Shown: positions 16,651 to 24,494 of the stretch, piece by piece | How the letters are laid out: every line of letters starts with the position of its first letter | Numbering within the stretch: the first letter of the stretch is position 1 | Notes under the pieces: generated by a model | The model's database searches: none | Seen by the model: the letters and a program-made list of their open reading frames with translations, nothing else | Told to the model about the DNA's origin: nothing | Source of the DNA: an uncultured Candidatus Saccharibacteria bacterium | GTDB taxonomy: Bacteria > Patescibacteriota > Saccharimonadia > Saccharimonadales > AWTP1-31 | NCBI GenBank assembly: GCA_964629815.1 | Contig: CAZVTA010000002.1 | Location: 130,096 to 194,095 of the forward strand | Direction of reading: 5' to 3' | DNA length: 64,000 bases | Position numbers and translations under genes: made by a program

Positions 16651-17391
16651 ATGCAACCACAAACATACCAAAGCCAAACAACACCCAGCAACAACCCAAA
16701 AAACATCAAGCTGCTCGTTATACTGGCTAGTGTCTTCATCATGCTTTTTACAGGTTTTCTTATCTACCAATCACAAAGATTTTATTTTCAGGGAACGAAT
16801 CCACAAACCAGCAAAGTTGGACTCAATACAACCATTGCACTCAAATACAGCAAAAATCTGTCGAATCGTTCAGATATCATGAGCAACCTATCTATTACCC
16901 CCAAAGTAAAAGTAAATATTGTCGTTGAAAAAAACAGTATTAGCATTGTTCCAGTAACGGGTTACGAACTCAAACCATATACTGTAACGATACCGACTCT
17001 AAAGTCCGGCAACAAAACCATACTCAGCCAAACCCTTAGTTTTACACCCCGCGCGGACATACCGGCAAACAATGAAGCTACAGAAATTGACCTCGAAGAC
17101 ATTCCTGCCAAACAATATCCCGAGCTAGCAAATATTGACACACAGCCTAACGAAAACTATAAAGTTAGTTACGACTTCGATGGAGAAAAGATTATCTTTA
17201 AACTCTATTTGCGTGAGCCGCTCCGCGTAGAAGATGAAACTCAGGCCATAAAAAACTTGCGAGATTACGAAAACCAGGCCCGTACACTTATACGGTCGTA
17301 TAACATCCCGACAGAAAAGTATGTTATTACGTTCGAGAGCAGGGGACAGCAGAAACTACTGTACGGTTCGAGCACCCCTCCCACAAATTAA
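16651..17391 (+). CDS. Hypothetical membrane-anchored protein, last gene of the T4SS operon (VirB8/PrgL-position analog?)
   Basis: 246 aa with N-terminal TM IKLLVILASVFIMLFTGFLIY followed by a beta-rich soluble part. The VirB8-like role is suggested only by size, topology and position. Confidence 0.4.
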   Translation: MQPQTYQSQTTPSNNPKNIKLLVILASVFIMLFTGFLIYQSQRFYFQGTNPQTSKVGLNTTIALKYSKNLSNRSDIMSNLSITPKVKVNIVVEKNSISIVPVTGYELKPYTVTIPTLKSGNKTILSQTLSFTPRADIPANNEATEIDLEDIPAKQYPELANIDTQPNENYKVSYDFDGEKIIFKLYLREPLRVEDETQAIKNLRDYENQARTLIRSYNIPTEKYVITFESRGQQKLLYGSSTPPTN

Positions 17392-18449
17392 AGTCGCTCT
17401 AACGGTATTATTGAGCAATCATCAATAAAATGCTGTACCACTACATCCGCATCTGTAGTGGTTATAAAAGCTTGGTGGTCTGCAATTTGCTTTGTCAGAG
17501 CTTGCCTCCGCGCACCATCCAGTTCACTAAAAACATCATCTAATAAGATGATTGGTTTTCTACCATAAACACTGTTGAGATATTCTAGCTCAAACAGCTT
17601 AAGCGCCAGTAGTAGTGTCCGATTTTCCCCTCGGGATGCAACCTGTGCCGTTCTTTTGTCGTGCAAAGAAAACACAATGTCTTCACGGTGTGGACCGAGC
17701 GACGTGAAGCCACGCTCCCTATCCTCAGAAAGATTACTTTCAAGCCCCTTTAATATAGAAGAGGGGTATGTTATTAACGGAACAGAAACGGCGTAGTGCA
17801 CACTAGCTTGTGCCGGAACACCCGACAGCCGTTCGTAAAACTCCCCCATACGCTCATTGAAGGCCATTACAAGCTCGTTCCGTTGCTGGGCGATAAAACT
17901 ACCTAACTCACTTATTTTTACGTTCCAGACAAAGTACTGGTCGGCCGGAACGGACGTTGTCGATTTTAATAATCTGTTTCGCTGCGCAACAGCACGCTTA
18001 TAATCCTTAAGCTTGGTCGCGTAGCCAATCTTGGTTCGCGACAAGATCCCGTCTACATAGTCTCGTCGTCTATCGGGACCACCTTGTAGCATAAGCATAT
18101 GTTCTGGCTCAAATAATACTACTGGGATATGATGCGCAGAAGATAGTCTTCGAAAAACCCTTCCAGCTATCTCGTATCGCTTATCTAAAACATCTTGTTT
18201 TTGTTGCAGCTTGATTATTCGAGTCTCTTCGGGCGTTCCTACGTCTAGACGAAGCCAGTCTGCCCCATAATGAATTAAATCAACATCCTTAACCCTGTAT
18301 GAAGCCCCCACGCAGCTCACCAAGATCGCTTCCAAAAGATTTGTTTTCCCACTGGCATTTGGGCCAACAATAATCGTTACACCAGAACTAAACTCAAAAC
18401 TGCTGTCTATATACGAGCGAAAGTTCTGTAAACGAATGCGTTGTATCAT
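17388..18449 (-). CDS. recF: DNA replication and repair protein RecF
   Basis: Walker A is GPNASGKTNLLEAI and the C-terminal signature/Walker B region is ILLDDVFSELDGARR. The gene sits downstream of dnaN. Confidence 0.9.
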   Translation of the reverse strand: MIQRIRLQNFRSYIDSSFEFSSGVTIIVGPNASGKTNLLEAILVSCVGASYRVKDVDLIHYGADWLRLDVGTPEETRIIKLQQKQDVLDKRYEIAGRVFRRLSSAHHIPVVLFEPEHMLMLQGGPDRRRDYVDGILSRTKIGYATKLKDYKRAVAQRNRLLKSTTSVPADQYFVWNVKISELGSFIAQQRNELVMAFNERMGEFYERLSGVPAQASVHYAVSVPLITYPSSILKGLESNLSEDRERGFTSLGPHREDIVFSLHDKRTAQVASRGENRTLLLALKLFELEYLNSVYGRKPIILLDDVFSELDGARRQALTKQIADHQAFITTTDADVVVQHFIDDCSIIPLERL

Positions 18450-18460
18450 ACGATACTATT

Positions 18461-19552
18461 CTAACTCTTGAGCGGCATAATAATGTGTGTGTAATCACTT
18501 TCTTTTGCTTCTCTTATTACACACGGCTCAACCTTGCCATTAAAACAGAGTTCGACATCATCCCCCGACATTACCCCTAGTGCGTCTAACAGATACTTTG
18601 AGTTAAGTGTAATCTCGCCCGTGCCCGTTGCTTTTGCGTCCGCCGTTGACGTATTCTCGCCAAGCTGTGAAGCGATAGAACGAATGTGTAAGCTTTTTTC
18701 TTCTTCGTTAACGGCCAAAGTAACACTGCCAGCACTTTCTCGAGCAAACAGGCTAGAAACCTTAGTGACGTTAACAAAATCAGATCGTTTAATCTGTGCT
18801 TGTATCGTGAACTCCGTTGGAATAAGCTTGCGGTAGTCTGGGTACGTACCATCAACCAGCCTTGTCATCAACTCAACATCGCCTGCTTTAAATAAAACTT
18901 GCTGTTCATCGTGGGTAATTTCAATATCTTCATCTAGGTCGCCGATAATTCTTAATAGATCCTGCATTGCAGACACTGGAATAAGCAAGGAAACTTCTTC
19001 TGCTGTTTTGCCTAGGTTCTTTTCTGCCAAACGATAACTATCCGTTGCAACAATATACAAACTGTCTCCATGGGTATGAAGATATACCCCGGTAAGTACT
19101 GGTCGAGCCTCGTCATTGCTTGCAGCAATGATTGTTTGTTGAAGTCCTCGTTTTAGTGTTTTTGCGGCTATATACCACGTTTTCCCTTTACCTATAGCAG
19201 GCATCACCGGAAACTCCTCTGCGGATACACCATTAATTACAGACTTATATTTTTCTGTGCGTATATGCAGTTTGTAATCATCAAGTTCTAGTTCAATAAC
19301 CCCGCTTGGTAGACTCGATACAAAATCCTGCATAAGGCGTGCGGGCACAGTTACACTGCCTTCTTCTTGTACTTTCGAACCTATGTAGTGGGTGATCGCA
19401 ATATCTAGATTTGTTGCAGCAATGGTTAATCGTGTGCCTACCGTCTTTAGCATTACGTTTGCAAGTATAGGTAGTGTGTTCCTTGTGTTTGCAACCTTTG
19501 CAACGCTAGACAGCGCTTTGGCAAGATTTTCTTGTGTGACTTGGAGCTTCAT
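18461..19552 (-). CDS. dnaN: DNA polymerase III beta sliding clamp
   Basis: 363 aa. The N-terminus MKLQVTQENLAKALSSVAKVANTRNTLPILANVML is typical of DnaN, and the synteny is dnaA-dnaN-recF. Confidence 0.9.
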   Translation of the reverse strand: MKLQVTQENLAKALSSVAKVANTRNTLPILANVMLKTVGTRLTIAATNLDIAITHYIGSKVQEEGSVTVPARLMQDFVSSLPSGVIELELDDYKLHIRTEKYKSVINGVSAEEFPVMPAIGKGKTWYIAAKTLKRGLQQTIIAASNDEARPVLTGVYLHTHGDSLYIVATDSYRLAEKNLGKTAEEVSLLIPVSAMQDLLRIIGDLDEDIEITHDEQQVLFKAGDVELMTRLVDGTYPDYRKLIPTEFTIQAQIKRSDFVNVTKVSSLFARESAGSVTLAVNEEEKSLHIRSIASQLGENTSTADAKATGTGEITLNSKYLLDALGVMSGDDVELCFNGKVEPCVIREAKESDYTHIIMPLKS

Positions 19553-19804
19553 GGTTGTACCTCATTATTATTAATAAATATATTAGTAGTAGTCATAGTA
19601 AGCCCTGTGTATAGTGGGTATAAACCAGAAATAACAGGTATGAAAGTATATTTATGCTGTGGGAAAATGTGTGTTTTTGGATGGGTAAACAATGTGGGTA
19701 AGCAGGCAGAAATGGGTACAAAATGTGTGCAGAGCCGTGCGTGTGAATAAGTACCCGCTTTTATAAACAGACTTACAAGCAGGCTATAAACAGTCTTTCC
19801 ACAG
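19553..19804. other. oriC candidate, dnaA-dnaN intergenic part (AT-rich unwinding stretch plus DnaA-box-like 9-mers)
   Basis: An AT-rich run CATTATTATTAATAAATATATTAGTAGTAG lies at about 19563-19590. Box-like 9-mers read in TTATCCACA orientation are CTATACACA (19606-19614), TTTCCCACA (19658-19666), TTACCCACA (19693-19701), TTATTCACA (19742-19750) and CTTTCCACA (19795-19803). Confidence 0.6.
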
Positions 19805-21169
19805 CTACGCATACAGGCGGTCCTTTATCTGTGTGATGGCTGTTCTGATGTCGGCATCTATCGATGATTCTTTCTCGATTTTTTCTACAGAGTGAATGGC
19901 GGTTGTGTGGTCTTTTCTGCCGAGCTCCTTGGCAATTTTTGGAAAACTTAGGTGTAGCTCGCTCCTTAGCATATACATGGCTATTTGTCTTGGAACGACA
20001 ATATCCTTGTCTCTTTTTGGACCAAGGATGTCCTCTACGGACAAAGAAAAATGTTTCGCAGTCTTCTCTACGATTTGTTTTGCGCTGATATGTTTCGGCC
20101 GAGCCTTTCCTGCTCCAAGAAGACCAGTAGCAACCTGCAAAGAAGGTGTAAGTCCGCGCATCTCACAAAATGCAAGAAGCTGGTTTAATGCCCCCTCAAG
20201 CTCACGAATGTTTGTCTGGACGTGGGTTGCAAGAAACTCTACGACGGGAGCATCGAGTGTGATGTTGTGTGAGGTGGCTTTGGTTTGAATGATCGCACAA
20301 CGAGTCTCAAAGTCTGGGTTTTGCATGTCTATTGTCATGCCCCACGCAAAACGACTCCGTAGACGGTCTTCGAGCGTGGGGATATCTTTAGGGGGTTTGT
20401 CGCTGCTTATAATGATTTGTTTATTTGCCTGGTGAAGTGCGTTGAAGGTGTGAAAGAATTCTTCCTGAGTTTTTTCCTTACCAGCAATAAACTGCATATC
20501 GTCAATAATCAAAACATCGGCACTTCTATAATAGCCTGCAAAATCGGTATTTTTCTTGTATCGTATTGCGTCAAGAAACTCTTGAACGAACTGCTCTGAG
20601 GATATGTAGACGATGTGGGCGTCGGGATTGTGCGCCAATATTGCATTTCCTACAGCTTGGATAAGGTGGGTTTTTCCTATTCCAACACCACCATATATAA
20701 ACAGAGGGTTATATTTTGTACCCGGTTCGGTGGCAATTGCCTGGCATGCAGCATAGGCAAGCTCGTTTCCAGATCCTACAATAAAATTCTCGAAAGTGTA
20801 TCGTTCGTTCAAGCCTTGTCGATAGTTGTGTCGTAGGCTACTGGTTGGTTGAGTGGTGGCTTTCTTTTCTGCAACAGGAAGCGAAACAACAGTGTCGTCG
20901 GTAGATTTGTTATGAAGCTTACTTTTGTGAGTCTGTATTTTGTATTCAATGTTCTTGGGCTCAACCCCATTTTTTTTCAATACATCAGTAATAAGCTCAT
21001 TAAACTTTCGTTCGAGTTGTTGTTTCACAAAGATGTTCGGAACGCCAATAACGAGTACACCTTCTTTGTACTTAATGAAGTGGGTATTTTTAAACCAAGT
21101 TACGAAACTACCACGAGAAACAGACAGCTCTATTTCGCCTAACACCGCCTGCCAAAGACTATCCCTCAT
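19805..21169 (-). CDS. dnaA: Chromosomal replication initiator DnaA
   Basis: The ATG at 21169 (MRDSLWQ...) is preceded by AAGGAGAAGG; the track start at 21190 is a TTG. Walker A is GGVGIGKTHL, and the box VII region and C-terminal DNA-binding helix HTTAIHSVEKI are present. Confidence 0.92.
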   Translation of the reverse strand: MRDSLWQAVLGEIELSVSRGSFVTWFKNTHFIKYKEGVLVIGVPNIFVKQQLERKFNELITDVLKKNGVEPKNIEYKIQTHKSKLHNKSTDDTVVSLPVAEKKATTQPTSSLRHNYRQGLNERYTFENFIVGSGNELAYAACQAIATEPGTKYNPLFIYGGVGIGKTHLIQAVGNAILAHNPDAHIVYISSEQFVQEFLDAIRYKKNTDFAGYYRSADVLIIDDMQFIAGKEKTQEEFFHTFNALHQANKQIIISSDKPPKDIPTLEDRLRSRFAWGMTIDMQNPDFETRCAIIQTKATSHNITLDAPVVEFLATHVQTNIRELEGALNQLLAFCEMRGLTPSLQVATGLLGAGKARPKHISAKQIVEKTAKHFSLSVEDILGPKRDKDIVVPRQIAMYMLRSELHLSFPKIAKELGRKDHTTAIHSVEKIEKESSIDADIRTAITQIKDRLYA

Positions 21170-21189
21170 CACCTTCTCCTTCTCGTACA

Positions 21190-21440
21190 AACAATTCTAT
21201 ACAAAAGAACAAAAGTTTTCCACAATCGCGTACACAATCACAACAGGCAATGATCGAAAGTTGCACAAACAGATGTAAAGTTATACACAGGAAACCCTAA
21301 CACCTTAGAACTTGTGGAAAGTACTTGGTTAATAGTGGAAAACTTGCTAAAATTTGTGGGGTAAATATTGTTAATTTAACGTAAGATGCAATCTCGTTTA
21401 ACTAGCAAAAATAGACAATCAACCTAAGCAAAGGAAAAAT
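21190..21440. other. oriC candidate, dnaA-rpmH intergenic part (cluster of DnaA-box-like 9-mers)
   Basis: The 9-mers are TTTTCCACA (21216-21224), TTATACACA (21281-21289), CTTTCCACA (minus strand, 21313-21321), TTTTCCACT (minus strand, 21334-21342) and TACCCCACA (minus strand, 21355-21363). Confidence 0.55.
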
Positions 21441-21578
21441 ATGCCGAAACGAACTTATCAACCAAAGAAACGACAACGATCAAGAGAGCACGGATTCTTT
21501 AAGCGCATGGCAAGCAAAGCAGGCCAGCGCGTGCTAAAGAGCCGAAGACTTAAGGGTCGAGTGCGACTTACACACTAG
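21441..21578 (+). CDS. rpmH: 50S ribosomal protein L34
   Basis: Not in the ORF track because it is short. The sequence is [45 protein letters not shown]. It is preceded by AAGGAAAAAT and lies upstream of rnpA. Confidence 0.92.
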   Translation: MPKRTYQPKKRQRSREHGFFKRMASKAGQRVLKSRRLKGRVRLTH

Positions 21579-21594
21579 AGCTACGGAAGTTATT

Positions 21595-21951
21595 GTGCTT
21601 GCGCAGCGAAACCGTTTTCATGGCAGAAAAGCACTTGCTAGAGTATATAAACAGAGCAAGACAGTTAGATCTGGTCTGGTTTCATTGCGTTTTACACCAA
21701 GTAGCAAAAAAGAGTACCGCTGTGCGGTTGTGGTGAGCAAAAAGGTGCACAAGTCCGCAGTCGTAAGAAATCGCATTAGACGAAGGATTTATGAAGTTGT
21801 TCGCACCATTGATCCACAGCCCGAGTCGGTTGATTTAATCATTACGGTGTTTTCAGAAAAAGTATTCGCCATGTCTTATGAAGAATTGAAGCACGAAGTA
21901 GAGGGTTTGACACGGCAGACAGGGGTATTTAACAACAGTAAACACCGGTGA
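21595..21951 (+). CDS. rnpA: Ribonuclease P protein component
   Basis: GTG start. The basic RNR-type motif is KSAVVRNRIRRRIYE, and the synteny is rpmH-rnpA-yidC. Confidence 0.85.
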   Translation: MLAQRNRFHGRKALARVYKQSKTVRSGLVSLRFTPSSKKEYRCAVVVSKKVHKSAVVRNRIRRRIYEVVRTIDPQPESVDLIITVFSEKVFAMSYEELKHEVEGLTRQTGVFNNSKHR

Positions 21952-21990
21952 GGCGTGGTATTATAAGATGAACGTGAAAAAGGAGAACTG

Positions 21991-22905
21991 ATGTTTACCA
22001 CACTGATTGTGCAGCCAATTTTTAACCTGCTGGTACTGATATATGCGCTATTACCGGGTCACAACTTTGGTTTGGCAATTATACTATTCACGATAGTTGT
22101 ACGGGTTCTCATGTGGCCGCTCGTCAAAAAACAACTGCATCAAGCAAAGGCTATGCGCGAACTTCAACCAGAGCTGAAAAAGATTAAGGTTGCGGCAAAG
22201 GGCGATAAGCAAAAAGAATCACTCATGATGATGGAGCTCTATAAAGAGCGTGAAATCAACCCTTTTGGAACTATTGGGTTATTGGTTGTGCAAATTCCAA
22301 TATTTATTGCACTGTACAATGGCTTGCATAGAATAGTCGCAGATCCAAAAGCAATCGTAAATTTTTCATACCCAGTTTTGCAAAACTTTTCGTGGCTACA
22401 GACACTCGCTAAAGACATCGGTCAATTCGACAACACGCTCCTTGGTATCGTTGAACTTACCAAGCCAGCTATCACGAACGGCGTGGTGTACTGGCCGGCG
22501 ATGCTTATTGTGATTGCGAGCGCAGTAATGCAGTACTATCAGGCAAAACAGATTGCTCCAGACGACGATAACCAGAAAAGTCTTCGAAAAATCCTCAAAG
22601 AAGCTGGGCAGGGTCAGCAAGCGGATCAGGCAGATCTGAGCGCTGCAGTGGGTCGCAGCACTCGGTTTATGTTGCCCGCGTTTATTTTCTTAGTAACAGT
22701 TAACATTGCATCTGCGCTGTCTCTCTACTGGCTGGTGAGTGGTGTGATTGCGTATGTGCAGCAGGCACGGGTACTTAACCAAGACAAAACCGAACTAACA
22801 ACTGCAACAGAAAAAGAAAGCAAAACCACGACCAAAGCCGAAATACTGCCTCCCAAAAATAAACATAAAACCACAAAGAAAACCGGTAAAAAAAGGAGGA
22901 AGTAA
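21991..22905 (+). CDS. yidC: Membrane protein insertase YidC (short, Gram-positive-type)
   Basis: RBS AAGGAGAA. The motif WPLVKKQLHQAKAMRELQPELKKIK is followed by multiple TM helices and a Lys-rich C-terminal tail KNKHKTTKKTGKKRRK. Confidence 0.88.
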   Translation: MFTTLIVQPIFNLLVLIYALLPGHNFGLAIILFTIVVRVLMWPLVKKQLHQAKAMRELQPELKKIKVAAKGDKQKESLMMMELYKEREINPFGTIGLLVVQIPIFIALYNGLHRIVADPKAIVNFSYPVLQNFSWLQTLAKDIGQFDNTLLGIVELTKPAITNGVVYWPAMLIVIASAVMQYYQAKQIAPDDDNQKSLRKILKEAGQGQQADQADLSAAVGRSTRFMLPAFIFLVTVNIASALSLYWLVSGVIAYVQQARVLNQDKTELTTATEKESKTTTKAEILPPKNKHKTTKKTGKKRRK

Positions 22906-23366
22906 TGGAGGAATCGATTCTTTTTGCAAAAAAATACATTGAGGACTTGCTTTCATTTTTTGGGCTAAATACCGACGTTTATGCGACGAGTAGCGAAGGT
23001 GATGTGATTGAGCTGCACGTGCCGAGCACACACCTAAATGGGTTTCTTATTGGTCACAATGCTGAAACGTTGCGAGCTATACAGTATGTGATTAGCAACG
23101 CACTTAAAACCGGCGGTTATGCTACATCGAGAGTAAGTGTGGATATTGCAGATTATAAAAAGGGGCGGGCCGACAGGCTTGCTGAAACCGCACAAGAGTG
23201 GGTCAAGCACGTTAAAGAGACTGGTGAAGAAAAACATCTCAAGCCAATGAACGCAGCAGATAGACGAACAATACACAAGTTAGCTGGGGAATATGGTTTA
23301 GAGACAGAGTCTGTAGGCGAGGGTAGAGATAGGCATATTGTGCTAAGAAAAAGCACGAACGATTAG
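22905..23366 (+). CDS. Jag/KhpB-like RNA-binding protein (KH + R3H domains)
   Basis: R3H motif region MNAADRRTIHKLAGEYGLETESVGEGRDRHIVL. The gene is immediately downstream of yidC (TAATG overlap). Confidence 0.8.
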   Translation: MEESILFAKKYIEDLLSFFGLNTDVYATSSEGDVIELHVPSTHLNGFLIGHNAETLRAIQYVISNALKTGGYATSRVSVDIADYKKGRADRLAETAQEWVKHVKETGEEKHLKPMNAADRRTIHKLAGEYGLETESVGEGRDRHIVLRKSTND

Positions 23367-23377
23367 TTCAAAAAGGC

Positions 23378-24472
23378 CTATTGTCTTGTTGTGTACGCCG
23401 CGAGTGTTTCTTTTGCCATCTTCTCCCAAGAGAACTGCTTTATACGCTTATAGCCCTTTTCGGTTAGACGAGTGCGCAATGCTTTAGAAGCGATAATTTG
23501 CAATAGAGTGTCTGCAATATCATTCCTGCTATAGGGGTCGAAGTATTCGGCAGCATCTCCGTATATTTCGGGCAAGCACGTCGCATTACTGCTTGCAACT
23601 GGACAGCCATAGGTCATTGCTTCGAGTCCAGGTAAACCAAATCCTTCGCTCAGCGAAGGGAAGACGTAGGCTGAGGCGTTGGTATAGAGCCAATGAAGCT
23701 GTTCATCGCTGACAAAGCCCGTAAATACTATCCTGTCTGCGTAATCAAGTGTCTGCGCCCACTTCATGAGTCGCTTGGCGTGCTGCTCCTGTTTGCCAAC
23801 AAGCACAAGCTGACAGCTGGGTTTTTTCTCGAGCAGTAGCTCAAAGGATTTGATAAGCGTATCTAGGTTTTTATGCGGGAATGCACTGCCAACATACAAA
23901 ACAAAGCAATCATTAATACCCTCAACAGGTTGCGGCTTGGTGGTTAATGGTGGCTCGCTGGCCTCATAGGTCACCATGATTTTTCGGTTTGTGAACAAAT
24001 GGTATTTGGCCACAGCATCGCGCACATAGTTACTTGGTACGATAATTGTTTGGGCACGCCTGTGAGCACTCCATACAAGAAGGTGATAACCACGCATTCG
24101 TATCCAGTGCAGCCAAGAGGGAAGCCGTCCACGACGCGTAAAGTAAAACATTGTCAGATCATGCGTGGTGGTTATTTGTCTGCCAAAATAAAACAACGGT
24201 TGGTGGCCGGTCATTGCAAAATGGACAAGGTCGGGCTTAAGCCGGTACAACATGCGAGAGAACAAAATCTGATTAAGCAGACTAAAAGAGAAGACGGGAT
24301 ATGGACAAGTAACAGCAGAAAAATTTTTTTTCTGTGGCTTCCAATCGTCTTCTGCAGAGATGAGAATGGTGTAGGTGTTGGTGCTGTCTAGTCGCTGAAG
24401 ATGTTCGATCAGTCTGTCGACATATCTGCCCGTGCTAGAGCGTCGAATACGTGCGTCGATGACAATATGCAT
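23378..24472 (-). CDS. Glycosyltransferase family 4 (GT-B fold)
   Basis: C-terminal signature PSLSEGFGLPGLEAMTYGCPVASS. Length is 364 aa. Confidence 0.8.
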   Translation of the reverse strand: MHIVIDARIRRSSTGRYVDRLIEHLQRLDSTNTYTILISAEDDWKPQKKNFSAVTCPYPVFSFSLLNQILFSRMLYRLKPDLVHFAMTGHQPLFYFGRQITTTHDLTMFYFTRRGRLPSWLHWIRMRGYHLLVWSAHRRAQTIIVPSNYVRDAVAKYHLFTNRKIMVTYEASEPPLTTKPQPVEGINDCFVLYVGSAFPHKNLDTLIKSFELLLEKKPSCQLVLVGKQEQHAKRLMKWAQTLDYADRIVFTGFVSDEQLHWLYTNASAYVFPSLSEGFGLPGLEAMTYGCPVASSNATCLPEIYGDAAEYFDPYSRNDIADTLLQIIASKALRTRLTEKGYKRIKQFSWEKMAKETLAAYTTRQ

Positions 24473-24494
24473 GCATACAGTTTACAATGGAATA

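Noticed and set aside
16111-16770. 219-aa minus-strand ORF overlapping the hydrolase gene and the start of the next gene
   Set aside because: It is antisense to a CDS with clear lysozyme and CHAP motifs. Its translation is compositionally odd (Cys/Arg/Phe-rich), it has no RBS, and it spans an intergenic gap. It is treated as a shadow ORF.
19532-19812. ORFs 19532..19750 (+) and 19549..19812 (-) in the dnaN-dnaA spacer, and 20940..21278 (+) across the dnaA start
   Set aside because: These regions are AT-rich and dense in DnaA-box-like 9-mers, and no RBS is present. They are better explained as oriC than as coding sequence.
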